From Lachnospiraceae bacterium (GTDB taxonomy: Bacteria > Bacillota > Clostridia > Lachnospirales > Lachnospiraceae), in contig JAGCUO010000201.1 in assembly GCA_017962825.1 (NCBI GenBank), forward strand, positions 69,052 through 133,051: a stretch of 64,000 bases of DNA, read 5' to 3'. Below are positions 51,511 through 61,440 of the stretch, in pieces; position 1 is the stretch's first letter; the number at the start of each line of letters is the position of its first letter. The notes beneath the pieces were generated by a model. The model worked only from the letters and a program-made list of their open reading frames with translations. It searched no databases and had not been told where the DNA came from. The position numbers and the translations under genes are program-made.

Positions 51511-51539
51511 ATATGTCTCCGATTTAAAATATTTTGAAA

Positions 51540-52670
51540 TCATTTAGAGGGGCAAATTTTGGCAATGCCACCGTTATTTCTTATATCTGCAGCCTTTCTG
51601 ACGGCTTCGGCGTAAGAAGCATCATCTCCCGGCTCATAAAATACTTCCGTTGCTTCGGGTTCACCGGGGAAGTCATAGCCCTGTCTTTCAAGAAGTTTTT
51701 CCACTTCATCGGGTAATATAACAAAGCCAACTGCAGCTGCATCTTTTCCGAAATACGATAAAAGTGAATCATATCTGCCGCCCATCGCTATGGGAGAACC
51801 AGCACCAAGTGCAAATGCTTTAAAGACTATACCGGTATAATACTGATACTTGGATAGCATACCCAGATCAAAGGATACATACCGGTCATATCCTCTTATC
51901 TTAAGAAGTTCAAAGAGCTTACAGAGTCTTTCTATGGCGTTCCTGGATATATCATTTCCCGCGGAACAGGCAAGTTCTGAAAGCATGGAATGATCAGCAA
52001 ATGTATCGGTTATGCGAAGCAGCTTATCCCTCATCTCGTCAGTGATATCAAGTTTGCTGAGAAGATCCGATGCTGCAATGGGATTCTTGGATGAAATAAG
52101 ATCCCTGAGATTTCTTTCATCCTCAAGTGATAGTCTGGCTTCCGTGCAAAGTCCCTTAAAATAATCAACCTCACCTATGGAAACCCTGAAATTTTCAAGT
52201 CCTGTCTTGATAAGACTCTCAATCAAAAGCGAAACCATTTCGGCATCGGCCTGAACACTTCCGTCCCCTATAAGTTCGGCGCCTTCCTGGGTTACTTCAC
52301 TGTATTTTCCCTGAAGAGATGAAATATTCTGGAATGTAGAACCGATATATGAAAACCTTAAAGTCCTGTCATCATCCATGAAATACTTGGCAGCACACCT
52401 TGCGATGGACGGCGTAAAATCGGGTCTTAAAGCGAGAGTCTCATTTTCTTTATCAAAGAATTTGTATAACTCTCTCGAAGGGATCGTTCCGACTTCTTTG
52501 GAAAAAACATCGAAATATTCAAAAGAAGGAGTTTGAATATCCGTATATCCGTATGAGGATATGACATCCGATATGGTTTTTCTGACGAACTTTATATTGT
52601 CGTACTCTTTGCCGTAAATATCCCTTACACCATCGGGAGTATGCAGTAAATTGTTCTTGTAATTACTCAT
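51540..52670 (-). CDS. hisZ: ATP phosphoribosyltransferase regulatory subunit
   Basis: P.GVRD, TP.FEY, LRPDFT..IAR, YYTG..F, GGRYD; precedes the short hisG. Confidence 0.94.
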   Translation of the reverse strand: MSNYKNNLLHTPDGVRDIYGKEYDNIKFVRKTISDVISSYGYTDIQTPSFEYFDVFSKEVGTIPSRELYKFFDKENETLALRPDFTPSIARCAAKYFMDDDRTLRFSYIGSTFQNISSLQGKYSEVTQEGAELIGDGSVQADAEMVSLLIESLIKTGLENFRVSIGEVDYFKGLCTEARLSLEDERNLRDLISSKNPIAASDLLSKLDITDEMRDKLLRITDTFADHSMLSELACSAGNDISRNAIERLCKLFELLKIRGYDRYVSFDLGMLSKYQYYTGIVFKAFALGAGSPIAMGGRYDSLLSYFGKDAAAVGFVILPDEVEKLLERQGYDFPGEPEATEVFYEPGDDASYAEAVRKAADIRNNGGIAKICPSK

Positions 52671-52734
52671 AAATCTCTCACTTTTTCTTTGGTTCATGGT
52701 ACAATTAATCATGTTTCACGATCGAGATGTTTCA

Positions 52735-52803
52735 CACTTTACTATGCTAATGTGCTAACATGCTAATACAGTGAATTATACAGTCAGTTTTACCTTGTGT
52801 CAA
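52735..52803 (-). promoter_or_regulatory. his operon SigA promoter with tandem HisR/TrpR-like operator repeats
   Basis: Minus strand TTGACA (52803-52798)-17 bp-TATAAT (52780-52775). Imperfect palindrome CACTTTA-CTATGC-TAATGTG, with TGCTAA repeated every 8 bp. Confidence 0.7.
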
Positions 52804-52877
52804 CAACAAAAAAACAATGTAATATAGCCTGTTCCAAGCCTTTTTTAAAAAACCCCCGAGCGAGGAAAGGATAAGAA

Positions 52878-54122
52878 ATGGAATCTGTATATTTCGGGAA
52901 AGAACCGACTACAAGTTTTTCATACGATGGGAATATTTTCCCAAAAGAATTAAAAGAAAAAGAGTACTATTTTCCGGATGAAAACAGTACAAAGTTAAAA
53001 ACCGTAGGGATCGTATCGGCTATTCTAAAATCAACATTATTTGATCTGATCATTATCGGATTACTATTCCCCATTCTGCTGATCCTGGCAGAGGAATATA
53101 CTCCGTTGATACCTCTCATCGACTCAAACATCATCGTTTTGGTCGGAGATATTGTTATCTTATTATCCGTCCCGTCCTCTCTTATATATATACTGATTCA
53201 TAATATCGGAAGGGAAAAAATCTTCGTAGTAGATAACGGTACCATCTATGTTATCAAAATGCCCGTATACGTAAATATTTTTAAAAAATGGCCCTTTTCA
53301 TCCGTTGAAAAAAATGAGCAAAAGGTCCATGCCTATTATTCTAAACTTATTACTAAGATAGACAGATATATCGAAAGAGGAAGTCTGAGGATCCGTAAAA
53401 CTCTGACGGATTGCAAAGAGTCCGACGATATATACGAAAACGGAAAACAATTCAGCGGATATAATGATAAAAAGAATACCGACGAAGATATAACGATCCC
53501 TTCAAACTATCGTAAATACGTATCTTCCGAAAACTACGCTGTCGGTAAAATAAAACCTAAATTCATAATCTATCTGATCAAGTATGCGTATATCGTCGCC
53601 TATATATATTGGATAATAAATTTAGCCGTAACCAGGTGGAATGTTTATAATACATATTTTCCATTATACGAACAATCTAAAATAGTAGCTCTTTCACCAC
53701 TGGGACTGGAAGACAGACCCACGTTCCTGAGATACGACCATGATCTTGAGTTTATTCATTTCATAGACACTTCCGATGATTATCTGAATAATTCGGTCAG
53801 AATAAATTTTGATATTAAAGAATATGGTGCGATCAAAGACAGTTATGTTTCCATAGACTATGATTTCTATGAAGGCGATGATTACGGTATTTTGAAGGAT
53901 ATACTGTATGCGACATTTGATGAACAGGATCTACCGGATCTCAGTGTCATTGATGAGTGTATAAATGATTATCTTCAGACAGGTTCGGAAAACGGAATAT
54001 ATCCTAAAACGGTTATGACCGATAATCTCTATTTTACTGTTAAAGTCAGTGAATCTTATTGGGCCGATTACAGTGTGTATATCTATGTTTCATATTTAGA
54101 CAGGGAACTTAAATTCTTTTAA
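52878..54122 (+). CDS. Hypothetical membrane protein
   Basis: 414-aa ORF, AAGGA RBS, about three TM segments, Tyr/Asp-rich C-terminus; no motif recognised. Confidence 0.75.
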   Translation: MESVYFGKEPTTSFSYDGNIFPKELKEKEYYFPDENSTKLKTVGIVSAILKSTLFDLIIIGLLFPILLILAEEYTPLIPLIDSNIIVLVGDIVILLSVPSSLIYILIHNIGREKIFVVDNGTIYVIKMPVYVNIFKKWPFSSVEKNEQKVHAYYSKLITKIDRYIERGSLRIRKTLTDCKESDDIYENGKQFSGYNDKKNTDEDITIPSNYRKYVSSENYAVGKIKPKFIIYLIKYAYIVAYIYWIINLAVTRWNVYNTYFPLYEQSKIVALSPLGLEDRPTFLRYDHDLEFIHFIDTSDDYLNNSVRINFDIKEYGAIKDSYVSIDYDFYEGDDYGILKDILYATFDEQDLPDLSVIDECINDYLQTGSENGIYPKTVMTDNLYFTVKVSESYWADYSVYIYVSYLDRELKFF

Positions 54123-54131
54123 TCACAACTC

Positions 54132-54175
54132 AAAAATAAGACCTCGTTCTTTACGGAACGGGGTCTTATTATTTT
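54132..54175. terminator. Bidirectional terminator
   Basis: AATAAGACCTCGTTC/GAACGGGGTCTTATT stem between convergent genes. Confidence 0.8.
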
Positions 54176-54184
54176 ATCCTTCAC

Positions 54185-56118
54185 TCAAAATGCACTAAGA
54201 AGCTGTTTCAAAGAGTTTTCAACGTTTTCGGTAACCGAAGTCATCATGTTGATGGAAGCCGCTGTTTCTTCTGATGAAGCAACCAGGTTCTGAGCTCTCG
54301 AATTGACTTTCTTAACTATCTCAGCAAGCCTTTCGGACTCATCTATCAGATTGCTGATGGTCTCTTTAATATCCTGATTGTTCTTATTGGAATCATTTTC
54401 GGTAATATTGGAATTTTCCGCCAGATTTTTAATCTCATCAGCTACCACCGCAAATCCCCTGCCTGATTCTCCCGCACGAGCTGCCTCAATGGATGCGTTT
54501 AATGCAAGCAGATTGGTCTGATTGGAGATTGCGATAACATCAGCATTATTTGAATCCAGCTTTTCAAGATAGCCTTCGATCTTTGAGAGCACTTCTTTGA
54601 GATTTTCGGCAAAATTATCAACCTCAAGCATATACTCGGAAATTTTGCCGGTCTGTTTTGCATTGTCATCACTTATCTTCTGAATCTGATCAATGGAACC
54701 GAGAAGATTATTAAAATTATTATTGATGCCATCACCGAGACTGTCTTTTTTCTCTCTTAATTCATCATGTGCTCTCTGAACTTCTTCTGTAAGAGCAACA
54801 GCCTTATCCTTCTCCTCATATGCTCTGTCTTTGATATAGTGAACGCAATTGCGCCTGTGACTGAAGCTGTTGAAAATAGCAATGGCCATGTCACGGCATG
54901 AATTATATCCGCAACAGGTGCAATCGATATGCCTTTTATCTTCCGTCGTCTTTCGCATCCTGTTAAAGATCTGGTCGATCTCGGATTCGGAAGGGATCTT
55001 ATATGCACAGTCTTTGCTTCTGTCCGTATATTTTCTTATGAAATCATTCAGATTAAGATCGGCAAATTGTTTGTTAAGAGCGGCAAGTCTTTTCTCAGGA
55101 GTGAGATTTCTGCCCCATGCGGATTTTTTTGATCCATTTTTACTGTCCGCTTTAACCTTCTGGATCGTTTCGAAAACCTCTTCATTCATGGTTTTCCGAT
55201 TATCGACACCTGTTCCGTAAAGACATCCGTTGGTACAATTAAGGGCGTCTATAAACAGATAGTTGGTCCTGCTGTTCTTGATACGGTCTTTGTTGCGACG
55301 AAGGTATTCATACATGTGGTGCTCTCCTTCCATCTGCCGGACAAGAGCATCTTCCCCGAGAAGCCAGTATACATTTCCTTCAGACCTCCGGGCATAGGAT
55401 AAATGGAACCGAGACCGTATTCGATCTCATCCGTATATGGCTGTGCACCGTTTACGGGATGCGCTTTAAGATATGCAACGAGTTTGGAAAAAGTCAGATT
55501 ATATGCGATATATCCCTGGTTATTGGGATCGTCGATCTCATTCTTTTTGGCAATACAAGGGCTGATAAATGCAAATTTATCATTTATCTTAAGGTATTTC
55601 CTGGCATAAACCGCAGTACACATCATGGGCGAATGCACGGGCATAAGTTTGGGCAGCAGTTCGGGAAGATATCTTTCAATATAGCCCACAACCGCAGGAC
55701 AGGGCTGTGATATTCCGCCGTAGAATTTGTGCTCCGTTATATATTTGATATATGCCCAGGTTGTTATATCCGCACCGAAGGATACGCTGATAAAGCGATG
55801 AACTCCGAGTTTTTTAAGCATTCCAAGGTATTTACCGTAATCACGGGGATAATTGGCTAGAAATGCGGGGGCTATGATAACAGATATCTTCTGCCCTTTC
55901 GAAAGATCTTCAAAAAACTTTTCTACATCGTCCTCATATTCCCTTGCACCGTGTTCACAGGCATCAAGACAAGCTCCGCATGCTATACACTTTTTAGGAT
56001 CAACTTCGATAATGTTGCCTCTTTCCTTTTCTCTGGCAACATTTGCTCCGATACAGCTACAGGCCCTGATACATTTGTTACATCCGATACATTTGTCGTT
56101 TGTTTTGATCAACCCCAT
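54185..56118 (-). pseudogene. Sensory [FeFe]-hydrogenase-like Fe-S protein fused to an MCP signalling domain, split by a 1-bp frameshift near 55375 (real or sequencing error)
   Basis: Ferredoxin motifs CIGCNKC and CIACGAC; [23 protein letters not shown]; CTCCGYNSC; [26 protein letters not shown]. One extra A gives [20 protein letters not shown] and joins both ORFs. Confidence 0.8.
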
Positions 56119-56216
56119 ACTATTCCTCCAAATGAAAAATAGATCCTACTGATATATTGTATCAATATAACGATGTTTATAAAAGTTTAATAATCTGAAA
56201 TTTGTGAATTTTCAGG

Positions 56217-56245
56217 AAAAAAAACTCCCTCAAAAATGAGGGAGT
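56217..56245 (-). terminator. Intrinsic terminator after recU
   Basis: ACTCCCTCA/TGAGGGAGT stem with a long U-tail on the minus strand. Confidence 0.8.
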
Positions 56246-56252
56246 AAACAAT

Positions 56253-56789
56253 TTATTCGGGTCTGTCGGCAAGATCCTGATTTACTTTGTCCAGATAGGG
56301 AACCGGAATTCCCGGTGTTTCTTTGATAATATAGTCGGGATTAAGCTCATCATGCCTGAAGGATTTCCTTCCGCCTTTTTCTGCTCTTTCCCAGAAGAAT
56401 TCAAGCATCTGAAGGGGCAGATAATAAAGTTCTTCACTTCCCGTAAAATAGATAAGGAAAAATGCTATACCGCCCTGCTTTTCGAATTTTCTCATGAACG
56501 AAACCTGATGTTCATGAATGTTGCTTAAGGCAAATGTATCGGTAGCACATTCTTTAGCGTCAAAACAGATAGGAATTCCCTGAACGGCACCGATATAATC
56601 TACCGTACTTTTTTGATCAAAATAAGCAAGTGTAATATGTCTGGTAGTCTTATCGATATTTATGGGAGTTATGGGGGTGGGAATCTTCTGCACAAGGGCA
56701 AGCCCGGCCTCGTCATATTTTTCGTTGCTTCTGTTAATAAGGTCTTCGAGAGTAGAACCTCTCAGTCCCCTAGATTTCCAGGTGGTCAT
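56253..56789 (-). CDS. recU: Holliday junction resolvase RecU
   Basis: RG..LE..IN, K.PTP, STVDY.G, FDAKE, NIH.HQ. Confidence 0.93.
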   Translation of the reverse strand: MTTWKSRGLRGSTLEDLINRSNEKYDEAGLALVQKIPTPITPINIDKTTRHITLAYFDQKSTVDYIGAVQGIPICFDAKECATDTFALSNIHEHQVSFMRKFEKQGGIAFFLIYFTGSEELYYLPLQMLEFFWERAEKGGRKSFRHDELNPDYIIKETPGIPVPYLDKVNQDLADRPE

Positions 56790-57748
56790 AAGATTTCCTC
56801 TAATGAGCCTAAATTTTTATCAATAATTCGCTTCATATCTCCGGGAACGGGAGCAGTCAGATCGATTCCCTCTTCAAGAACCGTCCTGTAAGAATGAAGC
56901 ATCTGTCTTTTTGCCTGTGATATGGAGCTTTCATTTCCGTATTTACGATCTCCGAGTATGGGAAAACCGAGATGACTTAAATGAGCTCTTATCTGATGCG
57001 ACTTACCTGTATAAAGTCTTACTTTTACAAGCGAGACCCTGTCGCTGCATTTAACGGCTTCAAATCCGGTTTTGATCATCATGGCTCCGGGAGTATCCTG
57101 ACTTACGAATTCCAGCCTGTTTTCTTTTTCATTCTTAATGACATATTTAATATCGATGTCAGGTCCGCTGAAATTCCCGGATACAAGGGCAAGGTAATAT
57201 TTCTCAAGATCTTTTTCATGTATCTTATCGGAGAGATATCTGGAACCCTCCAAAGTCTTGGAGCATAGGATAAGTCCTGATGTATTACGGTCAAGTCTGT
57301 TACATACAGATGGCCTGAAATGCTGCAGGGATTCTTTTGAAACGGTTCCTTTGGCAAGAAGATATCCGACCAGATATTCATTAACGGAAAGATCGGACCT
57401 TTCAACCGACTGTGACAATATACCCGCAGGCTTATTGAATACAATTATCCTGTCATCCCCATAGACAGGTTCAATTCCTTTTAAAGTCTCATAAGCTTTC
57501 TCAAAAACCCCGGTATTTACCTCTTCCCCGGATGCAAATTTCTCATATGTCTCATCGGAAAAGAAAACACTGATCACATCTCCAGCCTTGACAATTTCAC
57601 TGCCGGTTGCTTTGGATGAGTTCAGTGTTATGTTCTTTTTGCGAAGCTGTTTATATAAAAGGCTTTTGGGGCATGCCGGCAGAAGTCTTAGAAGATATTT
57701 ATCAAGACGCTGGGATGCCATATCATTTGTGACTGTTATCTGTTTCAT
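56786..57748 (-). CDS. RluA family pseudouridine synthase (RluC-like)
   Basis: QRLDKYL S4-like region, NKP.G, RLDRNTSG, TGKSHQIR. Confidence 0.92.
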   Translation of the reverse strand: MKQITVTNDMASQRLDKYLLRLLPACPKSLLYKQLRKKNITLNSSKATGSEIVKAGDVISVFFSDETYEKFASGEEVNTGVFEKAYETLKGIEPVYGDDRIIVFNKPAGILSQSVERSDLSVNEYLVGYLLAKGTVSKESLQHFRPSVCNRLDRNTSGLILCSKTLEGSRYLSDKIHEKDLEKYYLALVSGNFSGPDIDIKYVIKNEKENRLEFVSQDTPGAMMIKTGFEAVKCSDRVSLVKVRLYTGKSHQIRAHLSHLGFPILGDRKYGNESSISQAKRQMLHSYRTVLEEGIDLTAPVPGDMKRIIDKNLGSLEEIL

Positions 57749-57749
57749 T

Positions 57750-58307
57750 TTATAAGACGATCTGTTTTAATACCTTCATGCAGGCAGCGTCAGTTTTATC
57801 TGAAGTTGTAAGAGAACTTATTCGGTTCAGATATGCTTTCTTATCGGTAAATATTTTAATAGTCATATCTCCGATCTTTTCTGCGGAAAGAAAAGCCGAT
57901 ACATGATCTTTAAATGCCGCTTCGTTAAACTTATTATTTTCCGTATATCCTATGATACAACCGTCTGCAACGCACAAATGCGAAACGTGATAGTTTACTT
58001 TTTCTGAGGTGAATACCATATCATAGGCAGAAAGGACTTCTTTGGTATCTATTTCATCTTTAAAGCTTTTGTACCTGCAAAACATAATAACCGAAACAAG
58101 TGCTTTTGAAGCGGGGAGCATTCCGAGAACCGCTACAATTGTCAGAAGGTTCTTTTTGGTACCGGTAGTCAGATATCCAGCCAGAAATAAAGCAAATGCA
58201 ATGGCATAACCTATAGCGCATCTTGCAATTTCATATTTCCTTTGTATATCAAGATAGCGGTAAGTTCCTTTAAAAGAATCTCCCGAAAAAAGTCTGGAAA
58301 AATTCAT
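57750..58307 (-). CDS. Hypothetical membrane protein
   Basis: Two N-terminal TMs (KNLLTIVAVLG.LPA); co-oriented and tightly spaced in the operon. Confidence 0.75.
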   Translation of the reverse strand: MNFSRLFSGDSFKGTYRYLDIQRKYEIARCAIGYAIAFALFLAGYLTTGTKKNLLTIVAVLGMLPASKALVSVIMFCRYKSFKDEIDTKEVLSAYDMVFTSEKVNYHVSHLCVADGCIIGYTENNKFNEAAFKDHVSAFLSAEKIGDMTIKIFTDKKAYLNRISSLTTSDKTDAACMKVLKQIVL

Positions 58308-58321
58308 TAATTAGACCTCGA

Positions 58322-59092
58322 TCATTTATATAATCCCGAAGTTAAGGCAATTATGATCCTGTGTGGAACAATCTTGCACATAACTCTGAAAAGCTTCATA
58401 ACTGTTGTAGGCACGGATATTTCTTTCTTAGCATAAGAATCCCTGAGTGCCTCCTTGACTACGACCTGAGGTGTGGTCATGGCAAACTTTTTAAGGGATA
58501 AAGTTCTGGTTCCGTGCTTTTCGGCAACATCAAAAAACTCAGTTTTAACAGGACCGGGACATACTGCGGTAACGTAGATCTGTCTGTCCTTAAGTTCACT
58601 GTTTAATGCCCTGGAAAAACTTAATACATAGGACTTGGATGCGGCATATACGGCAAATGCGGGCTGGGGAACAAATGCAGCGCTTGAAGCCAGGTTTATA
58701 ATACGGGAATTCTTACCCATATGAGGAAGGCACACATGAGTGACCTCGGTAAGTGCTCTCACATTAAGGTCGCACATACCGCTCTCTTCCTTACGGTCTC
58801 CTTTTTCAAAATCGCCTAAAACGCCGTAGCCTGCAGCGTTAACAAGGAATCTGATCTTATATTTATCCGCATTAAGCAGCTGACTTATCCTGTTAACCGT
58901 ATTTCTGCTGGAAAGGTCTCCGCATACTATACGGGCATGATGCTTAAGCTGAGCGGAAAGCTCTTCAAGACGGTCTTTTCTTCTGGCAACGATCCAGATC
59001 TCATCAATTCCGTTCATGCTCTGGTCAATGGCATAAGCAAATTCACGTCCTATACCTGAAGATGCACCTGTTACGATCGCAATATATTTCAT
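58322..59092 (-). CDS. Short-chain dehydrogenase/reductase
   Basis: TGASSGIG, VNAAG, S...Y...K (YAASK), CPGPV.T. Confidence 0.93.
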   Translation of the reverse strand: MKYIAIVTGASSGIGREFAYAIDQSMNGIDEIWIVARRKDRLEELSAQLKHHARIVCGDLSSRNTVNRISQLLNADKYKIRFLVNAAGYGVLGDFEKGDRKEESGMCDLNVRALTEVTHVCLPHMGKNSRIINLASSAAFVPQPAFAVYAASKSYVLSFSRALNSELKDRQIYVTAVCPGPVKTEFFDVAEKHGTRTLSLKKFAMTTPQVVVKEALRDSYAKKEISVPTTVMKLFRVMCKIVPHRIIIALTSGLYK

Positions 59093-59108
59093 ATATCCTC
59101 CCTTAAGC

Positions 59109-60242
59109 TTAGGCTTCTCTGTATAAAGGGTTATCTGAGGAATTAAATCTGTCTAAGAAAGTGATCTGATTGGATTTTGTATATGCATCATATCTGTTGA
59201 ATCCTTTTACGACTATGCAAGGTCTGTCACCGGGTTCAAAAGAAAGAGTCAGTTCAAATGAAGTATCAAATGTCCCGTTATATGTATCTGCTCCCGGCCA
59301 GGCTTTAGATTCCTCCCAAGTCCAACCGCCGTCCGTAGATATTGCGTAGAACATCATCATACCGTCTGCTTCGGTCGCTTCTATTTTAACGGTCACATTA
59401 TTTGCAAAAGAGTCTACATTCACAACAGATACATTTACTGAATCCGGGGCTGTTCTGTCCTCATAAGTGGGATCGTTAAATCCTTCCGAATTAACTTCGA
59501 TCAGATTCTCAGAGTATCCGGTGAAATCAAGTCCGAGAATGGAACTCTTAAGCCCGAAATATTCTGCAATTGCATCCGCATCTGTTTCACCGTATTGCTT
59601 AAACAGATCGTTATTTGCCGTATGTACCGCATCAACGGTTCCGTCCGCAAAACAATGCTCAATGATAACTGCGGGAATCTCCCTGTAGACATTAGCGGAT
59701 ATTATCGTATAGTAATCTCCCTCTGTTCTAAGACCTTTACGCGTCTTGACTCCTCTGGGGAAAATCCCGTAAGCATCTTCGAATTTGTGCATCAGAAGAT
59801 TTCCGAATTGATAACCGTAAGCATTATAGGGTGCCACTCTTGAGGTATAAACTTCAATTCCGAATCTGTCATGAGCATAGCAGGCATTATAGTGGACACT
59901 GAAAACAAAATCGGCTCCTACTGACTGTGCATACTTAGCTCTGTCCGTAAGGCTGAGGGTAGTGTCATTATCAGACCTTGTCATGTAGACGGTAACCCCT
60001 TCATACATGCTCAACCTGGAAGCAAGCGCCTGTGCGGTTATAAGATTCATGAATCTTTCCTGAATCCTGCCACCCTGAGTTCCGGTATCTGTTCCGCCAT
60101 GACCAGGATCTATCACGATAACAAGATCGTTATCATGAGGCAATACTCTCTCCGCTGCGAAGACTTCGGAAAACGGAACAAGAGTAAGTATGATGATACT
60201 GAGTATCATGCAGATAAACTTTCGTACCTTACCAAAAAACAA
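59109..60242 (-). CDS. Secreted N-acetylmuramoyl-L-alanine amidase (Amidase_3) with a beta-rich C-terminal domain
   Basis: Signal peptide; IDPGHGG, E, SVHYNA, IIEH. Confidence 0.88.
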   Translation of the reverse strand: MFFGKVRKFICMILSIIILTLVPFSEVFAAERVLPHDNDLVIVIDPGHGGTDTGTQGGRIQERFMNLITAQALASRLSMYEGVTVYMTRSDNDTTLSLTDRAKYAQSVGADFVFSVHYNACYAHDRFGIEVYTSRVAPYNAYGYQFGNLLMHKFEDAYGIFPRGVKTRKGLRTEGDYYTIISANVYREIPAVIIEHCFADGTVDAVHTANNDLFKQYGETDADAIAEYFGLKSSILGLDFTGYSENLIEVNSEGFNDPTYEDRTAPDSVNVSVVNVDSFANNVTVKIEATEADGMMMFYAISTDGGWTWEESKAWPGADTYNGTFDTSFELTLSFEPGDRPCIVVKGFNRYDAYTKSNQITFLDRFNSSDNPLYREA

Positions 60243-60278
60243 ATTATTTTCCCCCTCGGAAAAGATCTTTATACAAGA

Positions 60279-60303
60279 AAACCGGCTTTAAAAAAGCCGG
60301 TTT
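60279..60303 (-). terminator. Hairpin, probable terminator after the coaD operon
   Basis: AAACCGGCTTT/AAAGCCGGTTT stem. Confidence 0.6.
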
Positions 60304-60313
60304 ATCATTACAT

Positions 60314-60952
60314 TCACTGGTTATCGGTATCGGGATAAACCGTACTGACATTGGGACCCGAACTCTCAGGCTCTTCTTTTCCGTCTCTGGAAGCTCTGAG
60401 TGACTCGTGATCGTTCTTAACTGCCTGAAGTTTGGAATTAAGAGCATTGAGAAGATCGTCGTACTGAGCGGTTACGGTCTTGGATGATGCGGAAAGAAGT
60501 CCCTCAACATAGTTCATAACATCTTCCATATAACCCATGGCAGCTTCTCTGCATGCATTTGCTTCATTGGTTGCATTGTCGATGATATTCTGAGCCTCGG
60601 CCATGGTCTGCTGAGTAACTGCATCTGCCTGCTCATATGCCTTTTTAAGGATCTCATTCTGGGAAAGCATCTCATCGGTCTGAGCGGTTGCTTTCTCTAT
60701 AAGTCCGTCAGCCATCTTTCTGGCATTATCAAGAATGCTGTCCTGATTGCTGATTATTTTCTGATATCTTGCGATCTCTTCGGGTGCTTTTCTTCTGAGG
60801 TCGTCTATAAATCCCTGAATAACTTCTTTTTCAACGTAGATCTCGGTACTGGAGAGAAGCTTGGGCTTACATTCGGAAATATACTGCTCAAGTTCGTCGA
60901 TTACTCCGAAGATCTGACTTTCCATTTTTCTTTCCATTATCCGGTTCCTCAC
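60314..60952 (-). CDS. Coiled-coil protein downstream of coaD (ATP synthase b / DivIVA-like helical protein)
   Basis: IDELE..I..C...L....I.V N-terminus and long Ala/Glu-rich heptads. Exact start uncertain. Confidence 0.75.
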   Translation of the reverse strand: MRNRIMERKMESQIFGVIDELEQYISECKPKLLSSTEIYVEKEVIQGFIDDLRRKAPEEIARYQKIISNQDSILDNARKMADGLIEKATAQTDEMLSQNEILKKAYEQADAVTQQTMAEAQNIIDNATNEANACREAAMGYMEDVMNYVEGLLSASSKTVTAQYDDLLNALNSKLQAVKNDHESLRASRDGKEEPESSGPNVSTVYPDTDNQ

Positions 60953-61440
60953 CTTTTGATAACTTTGAATTTTTCCTTAAGTGCACTTTCAACATAAGGA
61001 GGAACGGAATGACTGACATCACCGCCGTACATGGCAATCTCCTTGACGGTTGAAGAGCTTAAATATGAATACTGAAGATCGGTGGTCAGGAAGACGGTAT
61101 CAACCTTATTATCCGATATCTTTCTGTTGGTCTGTGCAATCTGCAGTTCGTATTCGAAATCGGTAACCGCACGCAGTCCTCTAACCATTGTATGAAGGTT
61201 ATTCTGCATGCAATAATCTACAGTCAGACCTCTGAAAGAATCGACTCTGACATTGGGCATATCTTTAGTCGCTTCACGCAATATTTTAACACGTTCATCC
61301 GTTGAAAACAACGGAGTCTTTTGGGTGTTATCAAGCACTGCGACTATGAGTTCATCGAACATAAGTGAAGCTCTTCTGATAATATCTAGGTGACCCAAGG
61401 TCATGGGATCAAAGCTTCCGGGATATAATGCTCTGTTCAT
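60949..61440 (-). CDS. coaD: Phosphopantetheine adenylyltransferase
   Basis: YPGSFDP.T.GH.DII, RGLRAVTDFEYE, LSSS.VKE. Confidence 0.96.
   Translation of the reverse strand: MNRALYPGSFDPMTLGHLDIIRRASLMFDELIVAVLDNTQKTPLFSTDERVKILREATKDMPNVRVDSFRGLTVDYCMQNNLHTMVRGLRAVTDFEYELQIAQTNRKISDNKVDTVFLTTDLQYSYLSSSTVKEIAMYGGDVSHSVPPYVESALKEKFKVIKR

Noticed and set aside
56201-56219. Rex operator upstream of the Fe-S chemoreceptor
   Set aside because: Only one half-site (TTGTGAA) matches; the other half does not.
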